DNA of 64,000 bases from an uncultured Chloroflexia bacterium (GTDB taxonomy: Bacteria > Chloroflexota > Anaerolineae > JAAYZQ01): positions 576,001 to 640,000 of the forward strand of contig CAVOXA010000010.1 of assembly GCA_963700285.1 (NCBI GenBank), in the 5' to 3' direction. A program made the position numbers and the translations under genes. This document shows positions 62,843-64,000 of this stretch, piece by piece (positions within the stretch are counted from its first letter, which is position 1; each line of letters begins with the position of its first letter). Under the pieces are notes generated by a model. That model did not search any database. It was not told the origin of the DNA and worked only from the letters and a program-made list of their open reading frames with translations.

Positions 62843-63035
62843 AGTTGCAGTATAGCAGCTGGCGGCGGGTTTGTAACCTCCCTGCGGGGACAGAAAAAGG
62901 ATAGTCTCGCTATCCGGGAGACTATCCCTGGGGATAGGGAGGGATAGGGTCGACTATTCCTGGGGATAGGGGCAGAGGGGGTGACGGGGGAGACAGGGGG
63001 ACACGGAGACGAAAAGACGCGGAGAAGGTCTCTCA
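62843..63035 (-). promoter_or_regulatory. Cassette promoter, copy C
   Basis: TGCTATACT-N6-ATG; 7-2-7 boxes at 62878, 62922 and 62954. Confidence 0.75.
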
Positions 63036-63068
63036 CTCCCCGCGTCTTCTTAGCCGGGCGTCATCCCA

Positions 63069-63731
63069 TCACCGCGTCAATCCGCTGCGGCGGGCGTAGG
63101 CGACTACTTGCTCGCGGTTTTTGAGGTGCAGGCGCTGCAGGACCTCGCCCATGTGATACTTGATCGTGTGCTCGCTCAGGTTCAGCGCCGTCCCGATTTC
63201 TTTGTAGGTCAATCCATCGGCCACGAGGACGAGGATCTCGCGCTGGCGAGGGGTGAGCTCGGGGGCCGGTGGTCCGCCGCGCAGGCCGGCGGCCGCATGC
63301 TCATCGAGCGCGGCTGCCTGCTGGGCAAACTCGCGCAGCAGGCGGGCGGAAAGCTCGCGGGACAGCGGCGCCTCTCCCCGGGCGAGCCCGGAGAGATAGT
63401 CGAACAACTCGTTGGGCTCCAGGTTCTTCAGGAGATAGCCGCTGGCCCCGCTCTTGATCGCTTCGAACAGGTCGGCGTCCTCCGCCGAAGTGGTCAGCAT
63501 CACGATCTTGCACTCGGGCATCTCGGCCTGGATCAGTCGCGTGGCGGCCAGCCCGTCGCAATTCGGCATGCGGACGTCCATCAGGATCACGTCCGGGTGC
63601 AGGGCTCTGGCCAACTGGAGGCCCTCCAGGCCATCGTGGGCGGCGCCGACCACCTGGTACCCGCCGGCACGGAGCAGGTTCTGCAAGCCCTCCAGGAAGA
63701 GGCTGTGGTCATCTACCAGCAGGATCTTTAT
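63069..63731 (-). CDS. NarL/LuxR-family response regulator, copy C (full length)
   Basis: KILLVDDH, DVILMDVRMP, MLTTS, GYLLK and LTPRQREIL...KEIG HTH. The apparent first codon is ATA, overlapping the kinase stop. Confidence 0.92.
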   Translation of the reverse strand: MKILLVDDHSLFLEGLQNLLRAGGYQVVGAAHDGLEGLQLARALHPDVILMDVRMPNCDGLAATRLIQAEMPECKIVMLTTSAEDADLFEAIKSGASGYLLKNLEPNELFDYLSGLARGEAPLSRELSARLLREFAQQAAALDEHAAAGLRGGPPAPELTPRQREILVLVADGLTYKEIGTALNLSEHTIKYHMGEVLQRLHLKNREQVVAYARRSGLTR

Positions 63732-64000
63732 GATGTCCCTCCCATGTTCCCGTCCAGCCGCACGCGCACCTCCACCAGGGTGCCCTGGCCGGGTGACGAA
63801 TGCACGGTTAGTTGCCCGCCGATGCGCTGGGCGCGCTGGCGCATGACCTGTAGCCCAAAATGCTGGCCGCCCGGGCCTGCCAAGGCCGGGTCAAAGCCGG
63901 CGCCGTTGTCCACGATCGCCATTTGCAACTGGCCGTCACCGGCCCCCATCCGCACACCGACCTGGCTGGGCGATCCGGCGTGCTTGCGCACGTTGGCCAG
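63728..64000 (-). CDS. NarX/LiaS-type sensor histidine kinase, C-terminal HATPase part (starts outside the window)
   Basis: ANVRKHA, DNGAGFDP, HFGLQVMRQRA and SPGQGT. Confidence 0.9.
   Translation of the reverse strand: MANVRKHAGSPSQVGVRMGAGDGQLQMAIVDNGAGFDPALAGPGGQHFGLQVMRQRAQRIGGQLTVHSSPGQGTLVEVRVRLDGNMGGTS

Overview
GC-rich bacterial DNA. The gene content and the recurrent YLPLVLR-type motifs suggest Chloroflexota (Anaerolineae-like). The assembly appears to carry many single-base insertions that split real genes, and there are also genuine deletion-truncated gene remnants. 1-24 kb: the start of an NRPS (C domain), preceded by an oxalate-CoA-ligase-like adenylation-PCP didomain; a multi-propeller lipoprotein; UDG; OsmC; a GIY-YIG-HEAT fusion; an M28 peptidase with a Tat-less reductive dehalogenase; a GPH transporter/methyltransferase/MBL run; recombinase and transposase scars; and an arylsulfatase. 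24-33 kb: two adjacent secreted genes carrying three related cohesins and one dockerin. One is a 1775-aa C39-like peptidase/FG-GAP/cohesin-dockerin-cohesin protein, and both sit behind homologous promoters with a shared operator. 33-41 kb: murJ, selA, a DeCLIC-like pentameric ligand-gated ion channel and DUF1269. 41-64 kb: a triplicated cassette (NarL-type regulator, three phased 7-2-7 boxes, leaderless promoter, pseudo-receiver gene) in front of a family of giant secreted proteins that share a Cys-capped beta-solenoid head but have different stalks. No rRNA, tRNA or CRISPR array was seen. All family assignments are by motif recognition, not database search.
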